A stretch of 34,492 nt of DNA from Ionaspis alba (taxonomy: Eukaryota): positions 1-34,492 of the forward strand of contig CAXUUL010000088.1 in the NCBI GenBank assembly GCA_964255285.1, given 5' to 3'. The notes beneath the pieces are model-generated. The model was not told where the DNA came from. It did not search any database and worked only from the letters and a program-made list of their open reading frames with translations. Shown here in pieces: positions 22,770 through 33,744 of this stretch. Position 1 is the stretch's first letter. Each line of letters begins with the position of its first letter. Made by a program: the position numbers and the translations under genes.

Positions 22770-24027
22770 CTAGATGCCGAAAGCCACCAAAGAATTCTCA
22801 AAATCTTGTTTCCGGGAAGCGTTCACCACCCGTTTTCTGACTGGCTGGTCCCTCATCGAGTCCGCTAATTTTCGCTTGCCTCTGGCGGCTGACCTCGTCT
22901 CCTCAGAGGCCTGATGGGTGTCCCTCTGGAAGTATCGGATGCACTGCAATACTGTCCTATCTACCGTCGCATCTGCCAGGGCTGGACCAAGAGAAAAATG
23001 TAGAACTGGTAAAGAATCGATTGCATTGACACCCTTCGATACCATCTCTTGGACTCCGAGTTCCCTGCTTTTATAAAAGCAGGCACGTATGATATCTATC
23101 CAGGATCCGATTTTGCAGCCACCTTCCGCAAGAAGAGCGCTTAGACCCTTCCCACTCCTGTACCTCCACCCCAGAGCTTGGGCATGCGGTTTGTCCTGGG
23201 AGCCGATCGCACAGTTCTCGACCACAAATAGTGCAAGGGAGGGAAATTGGCTTATATAATGGAAGCATTGCACTGTGAGGTCAAGTTGGGAACGACAAGC
23301 CAGGACCCGGAGCATGCCAAACGCTCCAGACTCTGTGGCCGCACGGCTCCACGCACGAACAATTCGATCATCCAGCCCGGTCTCGAACGTCTCAACACTT
23401 CGACCAATTGTCAAGACCCCAAGATTGACGAGGGTGGAAATGTTAATGAGGTCCAAACGTGAACAGGTGATGAACGACAGATCCAAGAAGGTAATCCAAC
23501 CGAATGTCGAAGACGTTATGGGCTTGACATACTCCGCCAAAGGCATGTTTGGATCAATGATTACCTGACGTCGGTATCGGAGCGTTTCTTCCTGGTCTTC
23601 TTCCGGATATGCTGTTGCAAAGACTTTCCACGCGTGAAGACTATCCATCTCTCTGGTAGAATTGGTAAGAAAGCAATTGACACGCGGAATGGTCAACGTA
23701 CAGAGCAATAAGTCTTCTCCACAGTAGACTACCAATCTGCCAGCCTATGCCTTCAAGACACTCGAGAGTCAAAGAAGGAATATGTAAACACGTTTTTCTG
23801 ATAGCCATGTCTAGCAGTGACGAGCACCCCAATCCTTTGTTTTTAAAATGGACAATGTCCGATGTACTCCCGCGGGTTTTCCATACCCAATCTGCTCTCA
23901 TCGGCGCAGCTTGGTAGATGGATTCCGTGTAGGCTAGGCCAGAGTCTCTGTCATAAGTCTGGTATTTGATCTGCTCTGATCTCGCAGCAAATTCGGAACC
24001 ATTCTTGATCCGTAAGAATCGAGCCAT
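22770..24027 (-). CDS. Uncharacterised protein with degenerate leucine-rich repeats and a basic C-terminus; 2 exons
   Basis: ORFs 23641..24027 and 22770..23735 join in frame through a GTACGT...CTTAC...CAG intron (~23654-23701). LRR-like segments: ITFLDLS, ISTLVNLGVLTI, FGMLRVLAC and ISQFPSLALFVVENC. Confidence 0.75.
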
Positions 24028-24274
24028 GTTGTCCAGACTCGACCAAATATTGAGTCTACATTTTATGTGCAGTTGGTCACGTTTGACGCGTCAAGCTGGC
24101 GTGATTTATGCCTCGGCATCAACTTCGCCAGCCACGAGATCTGAGCCTTTAGGGCCGATCGGGCCGACATTAGTTGCATTTGGGAATTGACGGTCTCCCC
24201 CCACTTCTTTGTTTGACATCATGAAAAACTCCAGACATTAGGGCACGTTGAACCAGACCGTTCTCGTGCCCAAT

Positions 24275-25270
24275 ATGCTCAAGAAGCCAAATATAATCTT
24301 CCCGACTTTTGGAGGTCTTCCGACACTTGTTGCTCCTTACGGCTATTGGCAGGATACGACGTTGGGGTGGCATTCCTCTGCCGCACCGCCTCCGAAGAGA
24401 ACGCGCGGTCAAGGTCGTTGGCCGAAGAGAACACAATGGAGGGGTTTTGCAGATGTCAGGTCCGATACGACAAAGTCAGGAACCCACGATGACTTGCAAT
24501 GGCCCGATCTACCCTCCGCTACCGCAATGCCCACCCCCTACCAGATCTTCAAACAAAAGAAAGGAGCACCGTACTCCAAACGACGATTCTACGAGCTTTG
24601 CAAAATATACCATCCCGATCGCAACGTGCACCAGGAATCATTAAGTCCAGGCTGTCTTTCTCACGCGATCAGACTCGAAAGATATCGACTAATCATTGCG
24701 GCCAACGAGATTCTCTCAGATCCTCAAAAACGAAGCGCGTATGATAGTTTTGGAGCAGGCTGGAACGGAATGCCTGTTTTCCGCGGATCTAATGAATCAT
24801 GGACCAATACGTCAACGAACGGTTGGTCGGGCTTCGATCACAACTCGTCGCCAGCGCGGAATGCTACGTGGGAGGATTGGGAGAAGTGGTATCAACGAGA
24901 CACAAAGGGGAAACAGGAGCCATTACACTTTTCTAATGGGGGTTTTGTGGCTTTGATAGTCATTATTGGGATGCTAGGAGGGATGGGTGAGATTACGCGG
25001 ATGGGGAATTATTCAAGAACATTCATTGAGCAGATCGAAGCGAAACACGATGAAAGTAGCAAGGATTTGATGCGGCGGCGGAGAGAATCACAGAGTTTCA
25101 ACGGCAAGGACGAGAGGGTGCAGAGCTTTTTGAGGACGAGGGATCCGATAGGTTATGGCTTGGCTAATGCAAGAGAGGAGGCATATCGGAAGCTGCTGCC
25201 TGCGCCTGAGGTTCGCATGGGCGGGGATTTTCAGGAAAGAGCGACAAGCAGGGCCCCCAAGGCTTCATGA
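24275..25270 (+). CDS. JID1: Jid1-like J-domain protein (probably mitochondrial) with a single hydrophobic segment
   Basis: TPYQIF...YSKRRFYELCKIYHPD...RLERYRLIIAANEILSDPQKRSAYD, the NATWEDW motif, hydrophobic GGFVALIVIIGMLGG and an Arg-rich N-terminus. First ATG is at 24275. Confidence 0.85.
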   Translation: MLKKPNIIFPTFGGLPTLVAPYGYWQDTTLGWHSSAAPPPKRTRGQGRWPKRTQWRGFADVRSDTTKSGTHDDLQWPDLPSATAMPTPYQIFKQKKGAPYSKRRFYELCKIYHPDRNVHQESLSPGCLSHAIRLERYRLIIAANEILSDPQKRSAYDSFGAGWNGMPVFRGSNESWTNTSTNGWSGFDHNSSPARNATWEDWEKWYQRDTKGKQEPLHFSNGGFVALIVIIGMLGGMGEITRMGNYSRTFIEQIEAKHDESSKDLMRRRRESQSFNGKDERVQSFLRTRDPIGYGLANAREEAYRKLLPAPEVRMGGDFQERATSRAPKAS

Positions 25271-25567
25271 GAGCCAAGGACGGCTATTTATACAATGGAG
25301 GAAGATATTCGAATGCATTGGGCCCGTACGGGTCGGGAGGTTGTTGCATATGGCGCGGCGTTCTTGAGATATGCTTGCGGGATGTGTTAGAGACCATCCA
25401 TATAGTTTTATACATAAGGGAAATGAAACCTATTGGCAATACTGAACAGATTCGAAGTATACCTTCAGGATCTGCCAAGAACTCTAAGCCGAGGTCTAGT
25501 CTAGTTGTCCTTGTATAAATAAATGATTCCTTTCTTTTAGCCTAAACCCATTCCTTTCAGCACATTC

Positions 25568-26746
25568 ATGCTATACCGGAACCTGAAATTCCTCAAACGT
25601 CCGTTTAAATCGAGACTCTCGATGATGGCGACCTCTCTCCCATACCTGCCAGAAATCGAGCAGCTCAGCCCGCTCGTGACCCGTATCTTAGGCGGAAACC
25701 CTGGCAAGGTGCCTTCCCGATCCTTCCACCCTTCCACCGTCCACAACCCCACCAATTCATAATTGACCACTCCTACAGTTCGCTCTCCAAGGTACTCCTT
25801 TCTCCCCTCCTCAGCCTCTCTCCATTCCATCATTTCTCAAACCTGCCACCCGCCAGGAACAAACACCTACCTCATCGGTACCGGCCGCTCCCGCCTCCTC
25901 CTCGACACCGCCCAGGGCTTCCCAGCCTGGAGAACTGCCCTCTCCACCGTCCTTACCAACTCAAACGCCACAATAACTACCGTCCTCATAACACACCATC
26001 ACCACGACCACGTGCTTGGCCTCCCTGACCTGCTCGCCCTCTGTCCCGAAGCCAATATCTACAAATTCCCCTCCCGCTCCACGGCACCAGCTTCTTCCAT
26101 CCCCTCCTTATCTGGCGATGCCGCCACCGAGGCCAAAATCGCAGACATCACTGCCGCCGATATCGCAGACGGAATGCGCCGCCTGCCAGCTGAGGTCCGG
26201 CAGAAGCTGATTCCGATAGCGGAAGGGCAGGTTTTTGAAGTGGATGGTGCGACGCTGACCGCGCATCATACGCCTGGACATACGCCCGATCACACTTCTT
26301 TCCTTCTACGAGAGGAAGGCGCACTGTTTACCGGTGATGCGGTGCTCGGACATGGGACGGCCGTGTTTGAGGACCTAGGGGTGTACATGGCCAGCTTGGA
26401 GAAGATGGGGAAGCTGTTTGGTGGGCTGAAAGGAAGGGCGTATCCGGCGCATGGGGCCGTGATTGAGGACGGAGCCGGGAAGGTGGAGGAATATATTGCG
26501 CATCGGAGGCAGCGGGAGAGGGAGGTGTGGGAGGCGGTGAAGGAAGCCAAGAAGGAGGGGATAACCGTGAGGGATGTGGTGAAGGTGGTTTACAAGGATG
26601 TGAGGGAGGAGCTGCATCAGGCTGCCGAAGGGGGAGTGGTGCTTGTTTTGAGGAAGATGGAGGGGGAGGGAAAGGTTAGGAGTGTGGGGGGAAAGTGGGT
26701 GATTCTTGGGGAGGAAGAGAAGGATGGGACTAGGGAGTCATTGTGA
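25568..26746 (+). CDS. LACTB2-like metallo-beta-lactamase-fold hydrolase with C-terminal winged helix; 3 exons including a 13-nt micro-exon (25779-25791)
   Basis: Spliced RILGGNPGK|FALQG|TNTYLIG, HxHxDH motif (THHHHDH), TPGHTPDH, LFTGDAVLGHGT, YPAHG and YIAHRRQRE. The start is either 25568 or 25622/25625. Confidence 0.9.
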
Positions 26747-27184
26747 GAGGTGGGCTAAAAAGAGGTCGACGGATGTTTTGGAGGCGAAGACTGAGAGGTG
26801 ACCATGATCGAAATATGGGGAGACCCAATCATTGACGCTCGGCGAGCCTGCAACGGCAGGAGAGCTTGTGGCATGACGGTCGTGTTTATCCGCCAACCGC
26901 CTCGAGGAATAACCAACGGATCTCGAGTTGAAACCAGTGTATATGCATTGCCGCCCTCCACCCTCGTTATGCCTCCATACCCAGAGTTCCTCAGTTCTAA
27001 TGACAGTCTCTATAAATCGTCACCGCTCCATAAATGCAACCAAAACATCGAGCACGGCTAGCTCAAGACAGACCAAGGATACCCATTTGGCTTTGACAAG
27101 AATCGCCAACGCCATGCAGACGAACAAGGCAGAGTGTACCAAGCCAGAAAGGCAATTGCCACATATTATACACGTTCACAATCT

Positions 27185-29002
27185 CTACGCACCCGTTACA
27201 GCACTCTCCTCGAGGTGATAATCACCTTCATACAGCCTCTTCAGCGCCAAATGTCCTTCAGGCGTCAAATCCGGCTTGCCGACTGGCGTCACGCTGCCTG
27301 TAAAGAAGCGTGGCTTCCACTCTTGATTTCGCTCTTTCCTTGCGGCAGCCTTCTCGCGCTGCCGTTCTTCGAGTTCCTGCTTTAATTTTGTGGCTTGGCC
27401 AAACTGCTTGTTGAGTATGGCGGTCGTGACACTGGCCCAGAATCGGCGGCTTTCGTTCGAAAGTTGCTCGGTTTCAGGAGGAATGATCTTCGGGAGTGGG
27501 AAGAGGGGTTTAAGGTCGATTAGGAGATTGGGTTCCTATCGAAAAAAGGCAATCCTTAGCTCTGGCGCGATAGTCTAGCAAAGAATGAAAAGGGGCAACT
27601 CACCCTTGAGCCTGTCAGAGTGTAATAGACGGTGTCATGCCAACACCCTTCGATACGGCCCAAGACATCTTTCTCTGATACATCCTTTATTCGCGTTGTG
27701 TGATCCGAGCCAGGATCGTACTTGAATATGACACCAAGCACTTTGTTCTGCGTTTTCCCCAGCCAGCCCTCTTCGATATAGTGTAGTATCACCTTTATCC
27801 GCGTCTTTGGGCATGTGATGAAGCAGGTATCTGCGACGGACACGGAGAGTGAGCCTCGTATAAGGCCACCGAGGTGAGCGGCCGGATGCGTGAGCTGATA
27901 TTCCTCGTTGTCTCTGCTTTGAATGTTGATGAAAATGCCGAGATTGTGAGCTCCTGGCGTCACCCGAATACTGGTTCCTGTGAATTTTGCGCTGAGTTGA
28001 TCGAATCCTCGAGCTGTGAGACCTTTTTCGGGACAATCGACGAAGAAAGCCGAGACAGGCGGGTGGTGAGAAGTCTGTTCGGTCAGATACGACACCCGTA
28101 CTTTCTTGCCGGCAGTGCTTGAAGCATCCACTATCGACGTCTTGCGCGCCTGTCCCAGAACCGGCGGAGCTATATCTTCGACTTCCCAATTACACTGTTC
28201 CAATTATCAGCCAACATGATACCAAGGCTCCTCCCTCGCACCTACTCGGAAGAATTCCCCCAAGGTGGAGTTGTATGGCTTGCACGGCTTGCCTTTGACA
28301 TATTTCTGCGCAATCACATATCAGCTGCACCGCAGTGACTAGCTACCCTGATATGAATTTACCAGATCTTTCGTGAACCAGAACCGAAGCACGGCCAGCA
28401 TGCGCCCGAGCTCATCATCTGAGTCGCCAATGCTAGTTGATGCGTAAGCTCGTGCTTGCTAGTACTCAGTCATGGATGCGCACCTGACAAACGTCTCAGG
28501 GCGGTCCAAGTAGTTCCAGTATTCTAGTGCACTTATCAGCCATCATTGCGGGACTTCTCCAACCGGCACCTGACGATTGGTCTTACCGAGATTGGGCGTT
28601 GGCTCAAGCAGCTGAGCAGGTAGCGAGAACCTGACAGAGGCAATGTCTGTGACACCTATGAATCTGGCGAGCTATCAGCATTTGCAGGAAATTGTTGGTG
28701 GTGTTGTTGTTGGTCGTGGAGCTAGGCTTCTGCACATGAGAGCTCTGCGAAGCCCGGCCAAGATCGAGAGGAAAGCTTGGTGCGGCAGAGAAAGCATAAT
28801 TTGACTGCTGTAGAGCATCAACGCACTTTCTTAGTATACTCAAGAAGGTCTTCAGCTTGGAAGAGTCATCAGGCGTCTTTTCAACACCAGCGTTGTTCGG
28901 AGGGGTAGATAAAGTAGGTTCGGCGGACAGTGTCGAAGTTGTCGCAGTAGAGGGAGCAGGTGAAGGCCGATTAGCTGAAGAACCTGAAGAAGAGGAAGCC
29001 AT
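27185..29002 (-). CDS. Oxysterol-binding protein family (short ORD-only Osh protein); 7 exons
   Basis: Spliced KLKTFLSILRKFIGVTDIASVRFSLPAQLLEP, MLAVLRFWFTKDL, KPYNSTLGEFF, the OSBP signature EQTSHHPPVSAF, SAKFTGTSI and ESRRFW. Ends ...EESAVTGA* (TAG 27187-27185). Confidence 0.93.
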
Positions 29003-29469
29003 CGTAAGTGGGGAACCTAGGAGTGGAGTTGCGGTGGAAAGCTGAAGGTCGAGCAAGCCGTTGAAGAAATCCGAGCTTCCTGGTCTTTGTCTTGGCTGGC
29101 GGATTGACATCCACAAATGACGTTTGCCAGGAACGGCACGACCCCGATGAGATGCGCTAGTGTAGTGGGGTTTTGCGTTATGGCATTGTGGGGACTGGCA
29201 TTCGCAATTCCACATGGAAATCCTGGTGTCTAATGCATGATGTTGGCTTACACACCACTCACCATATTGCTACCGTAAAGGAGGTTTGATAGAGCTCGAT
29301 CCAAATCTTGATGAATCTGCCATTAGTGGATGTTGCCCCAGAGTATTTACAGCTCAATGATGGCCAGTCTTTCCAGAATTCCTTAACGGAAAGCATGCAA
29401 TACAAGCTCCAACTCCACCATCTATGCCAGGATGGCTACAGAATTATTGCCCTTCTGGAAAACCACACA

Positions 29470-31750
29470 TCACGTTTCGTTCAAAAAGCCACCCTCTTTA
29501 GCAAATCGACTTTGGTACTCTCTCAAATCAGCCCAATGCCTGAGCTCCGCCTCATCATCCTCCTCACTCCCCGGCGCTACATCTCCGTTGCTGCTGCTCC
29601 CAGGAGCAATGCGCTCCAACTTCATGAGCACTTCCATGAAAGCGCCGAGATATTCCTCTGCGCGGAGAGCGAGCTGGCCTTTGTGCGTACGGGGAGTTTC
29701 GAGAAGGGTGGAGGCGACCTGGCGCACTTTGTGGATCTATGAGGAATTCGGTGTCAGCTGACTTCAAGACTCATTGCCAGAACCATCGGTTTATCTCTGG
29801 AGCACTCCCCCTCGGCAATCGTAATTGGTAGTGATGTAAGGGCAGGACTTACGAGGCTGGCTCCGTTCGGCTCCACGTTGACCTGATTGATCGTGCCTAG
29901 AATACTGAGTAGATCCTGCACAATTGTCTCCCTTTCCATGGCCATCTCGTTCTCCAGTGTATTGTCCTGCTCATCCGGTGCTTGAAGAGTGTCATCCAAA
30001 TTCGATGCCAAAGTGGTCGAAGTGTTCGACAGAGAATTCTTACTGGACCGTATCCGCTGATACGCATCGTGAAGATTCCAATATTTGTCCACGATATGCG
30101 AGCGTGTACTGAGCTGGCTGATGTACATATTGGCTTTTTGAATTTCGTACTGGATGGCCCGCCTGTCTGCTTGGATCTCCTCACGCTCTGGCACTGGATA
30201 TGGGGCTGTTTCTCCAGGACGAACACCAGAAAGAGGGGAGTGGTACTCCTGTTTTTGTCTATACAGATGAGAACCTAATTCTTCCGAGCGTGAGCCAGGT
30301 CGGAGCATCAGTTCTCTGGGTACGTTGACAAGCGCGATCTTGGCAGCGTTGAGGCATTTCTCCAGTACGCATCGTTGCCTCTCCCAATCGAACACCTCAT
30401 CAATTCCATAGGCTAACTCCATACTCGAGAGAGTATCATAGGATGCGTAAACACGGACATTCGCGTTGAAGCCAACAAGCTCAGATATCAATTCAGGAGG
30501 CTGAGGGAGCATGCGATCTGGGAAAATGTAGGCATCGTCAACTTCGGCGGGCAGGGGCGGATATGGCTCGGCCGGTGTTGACGGCAGGATAAAGAAGACA
30601 CCATGGGTTCCACCCAACTGAAGTATGGATTTCACAGTCACGAACATAAGCCAAAAGACGCGCCGCCCTATCTCCTGGGTGATCAAGTCTGTGCTGCCAT
30701 TCTGCACTTCCTGATATGCGTCTATAGGTCGACGAAACCCATTCGAAGCATCTGAGTCGCGCTCTGCTGTCTTGTGTAATCCAAGATTTCTTACCATGGT
30801 GAGACACTCGGCCAGATACAGTCTCGACTGCCGCCAATTGAAAGTGTAGGCTGCAGTAAGCCCTAACAGATAGCTGATAGCGGCATCGTAGACAGTCAAA
30901 TCTCTATCCAGATAGCCAGGTCCTCGAGCCTCGACTGCAATTTTGTGACACCGTTCGACCAAGCTCATAGAATTTGGGAACAAGTTTTCTTTCTGTTGTG
31001 CTTTCAGGTGCAACCGTGGTTTGCGAGGAAAGGATGCTACCAAAGACCCCACCATAGACGCCAACAGCGCAAGAAACGTGGGACTGGTGAGGTCCTCTCG
31101 CCTATGTAACGCCTCTCGAAATGACGGCTCGTGCGGTACTGGTATCAGTGGATGGATGTAGACGAAGTAATCGTCGATGAGTGCTGTCAGGAGTGGAAAT
31201 GGGCATATCGATTCGGCAGAGAGGACTTGGTGTTGCGCAAGGGAAGCGAGGACGTGTGCGGCATGACTAGGTGATGCAGGCACAGGTTGCTCCGCAAGTC
31301 CTGGAGAGCCCAATCTCCGCCTCTTGAAAGCTTCGGCATGGCGATTGGGGGGTCCTCGACGACGACTAGGTCTCTCAAAGGTGCACGGGATATCTAGGGC
31401 AGTGCAGGCTCGACAAGGAGGGCCGGCTTCATCGCACTGCGGATTCAGGCATACGGAGTCAGTAAACTAACCACAAAAGAATGGATCAGTGTCGAAACAG
31501 ATAACATTATACATACCTTGACTTTGCGTATGGAACACGAATCGCATGCCTTCCGAAGTCGAGCCTTACCATCTGGCGGAGTAGGGACTGCAGATGCCGG
31601 TTGCTCGCCGTGAGGGACCGAGTCATGCTGATCATTTTCACCCGATGTATGCCCGGTGGAGAGCGATGTTAGCGGATACGGATTGGCTGGAGGATGAAAC
31701 TCTGCATAATTTGATTCTGGACCGCTCGAGGCGTAGCTTTCCGTAGTCAT
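29470..31750 (-). CDS. Zn(II)2Cys6 fungal transcription factor with fungal-specific middle homology region; 3 exons
   Basis: Spliced RKACDSCSIRKVK|CDEAGPPCRACTALDIPCTFERPSRRRGP has six Cys. Middle region has YFVYIHPLIPVPHEPSF and EIGRRVFW. Final exon is IHKVRQVASTLL...GGFLNET*. Confidence 0.93.
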
Positions 31751-32040
31751 TATGACCGAATCGCACCGTGGACAATCTGGTCAAGGCTGCCCCAAAGGCA
31801 ATGTTTCAAGATGACGAGTTTCTGTGCCATCGAAGGGGCTCTGGTCTCTACGAGATGAAGTCTTGGCACCTAAGAATGCAATTCCGCCCCGAAGTCCTAG
31901 ATCCAATGTACACTCCAGTGCGGAGCGATTGGTCTCAATGCTCTGGCTCTGGCCCCTATAAGCCTAACTGAGGCACAGGAGCAAGTCATGCCGGTGAGAC
32001 AAAACTTCGGCACAAAACAATGGAGCGAATAGGTGACCGT

Positions 32041-33744
32041 GTGAGTAACAGTTCTTCACGTGCTCCTTCACCCAATTGATGCTGACCATCTCCAGAGAGA
32101 CGTCGAGTTCAGCAAACTATAGGGCTATCTCCCCTCTCTGCAACCCCAAATCGATGGCCTCTAGGCATAGATCGTCTATGAGAGCTGTAGTACTGGGACT
32201 CGCAAGGTCAGCTCCTGAGGTTCCTGTGCTCTTTGGCCGATGAATATGGACGACTTAATAACCTGTGTCAATACTTACTTTTTGGGCCTCGAGCATTCCA
32301 TGCACTCGGCCCTAGGAATGTGAAAGTGGTTCTTGTCTACTAAGTTCTAGGGTACATAGTTCGGCTAGATATCTTTTATTGTTGCGAGCTCTACTGATTG
32401 TGCTGGCGTTGTAGAATTTGGCTTCGGAGACCGCCGTGAAGTCTTCTACCCATTGTTCGGCGACGGGATCTTTACACAAGAAGGGCCAGCTTGGAAGCAT
32501 TGCCGAGAGCTTTTGCGAAAACAGTTCGCCCGATCCCAGTACCAGAACACAGATCATCTCCGTGAGCATGTCGATAATCTTCTAGCCTGTCTGCCAGTCC
32601 AGAAAGGAGTGATTGACCTGCAGCCTTTGTTCTTCAAATTCACCTTGGACACGACAAGAGCTTTGCTGTTCAAACAATCTGTTTACAGCTTACGAGCGGG
32701 AGATGGTGGTACTAGGCAAGATGCTGACACTTCTGCTGAAAGCTTCAGTACAGCGCAGCAAGGCTTAACTGCACGCTTTCGAATTGCTCCGTGGCATGCA
32801 TTGTACAGTCCTCCTCGGTTTCGACATGCATGTTCAGTTGTACACAACTACGTGGACGACTACATCCAGTCGCGAAGGGTTTCCAGGGATGTTGACAACG
32901 GGGAGCCTGTTTCCGTCATTAATCAAGTTGCAAGAGAAGCCGGGAGTGACAAGGCGCTCCGTGACCAGCTCATCAACGTGCTCTTAGCGAGGCGAGACAC
33001 CACAGCCTGTTGCATGTCATGGACGATGTGAGTCAATCTTAGAATCTCACGCACTCGCCAAGGTTGTTCAAACAAAAACTGATCAGGTCAACTCAACAGG
33101 CGTCTTTTAGTCCGCCATCCAACCTGTGTTAGCTAGCTTACGACAGGAAATCCGCACCGTCATCGGAGACACTTCCCACCCAAGCCGCTCGCAAATCCAG
33201 AAACTCTCCTACCTCCACAACATCATCAAAGAAAGTGCGCCTCTCCCTTCCATGTCTAAATCCACGAGACACTAGACCGTCACTAGGCCCTCCGCCTCAC
33301 CCGCCCGTGCCTCTCAACAATCGTACCGCTCTCCGTACCGCCATGCTCCCCACCGCCGGCGGGCCTACCGGCACCTCACCGATCCTTGTCCGTCGCGCTG
33401 AAGTCGTCGTATACTTCCCCCACGTCAGTGCGCGACGCAAAGGCACCTGGGGCCTCGACGTCGAGGCATTCATCCTCGAGCGTTGGGAATGGCTCGAGTG
33501 TGCCCATATGGGATAAGCATATTTCCCGTTCAATGGGGGGGGCCGAGGATGTGTCTTGGACAGGATTTTGCGCTCTTGGAGGTTGCTTATGCGCTTGTGA
33601 GATTGGTAAGAGCGTTTGAGGGCATGGGTGTGGTGGAGGTGGAGGAGGGGTTGTCCTTGGGGAAGAGAGGCAGTGGGTGGGATTGGTGCTGGCCTGTGCG
33701 GAGGGATGTAAGGTGGAGGTATAGCGGTCGAAGGATCTGGATAA
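32041..33744 (+). pseudogene. Cytochrome P450 (CYP52-clan, alkane/fatty-acid hydroxylase type) pseudogene
   Basis: Recognisable segments: PNRWPLGIDRL, FGDGIFTQEGPAWKHCRELLR, DLQPLFFKFTLDT, LRDQLINVLLARRDTTA, PPVPLNNRTA, FILERWE and AYFPFNGG/PRMCLGQDFAL. Stops at 32120, 32179, 32188 and 33514. Frameshifts include a G8 run at 33535-33542 inside the heme motif. Confidence 0.9.

Noticed and set aside
3681..25270. Apparent proteostasis cluster (GH47, CCT6, OTU1, DNAJC3, JID1)
   Set aside because: The products act in different compartments and are interspersed with unrelated genes. No shared motif specific to them was found, so coincidence is likely.
25568..33744. Secondary-metabolite cluster (metallo-beta-lactamase thioesterase + Zn2Cys6 TF + P450)
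   Set aside because: There is no PKS, NRPS or terpene backbone gene in the window. The hydrolase looks like the housekeeping LACTB2 type and the P450 is dead.
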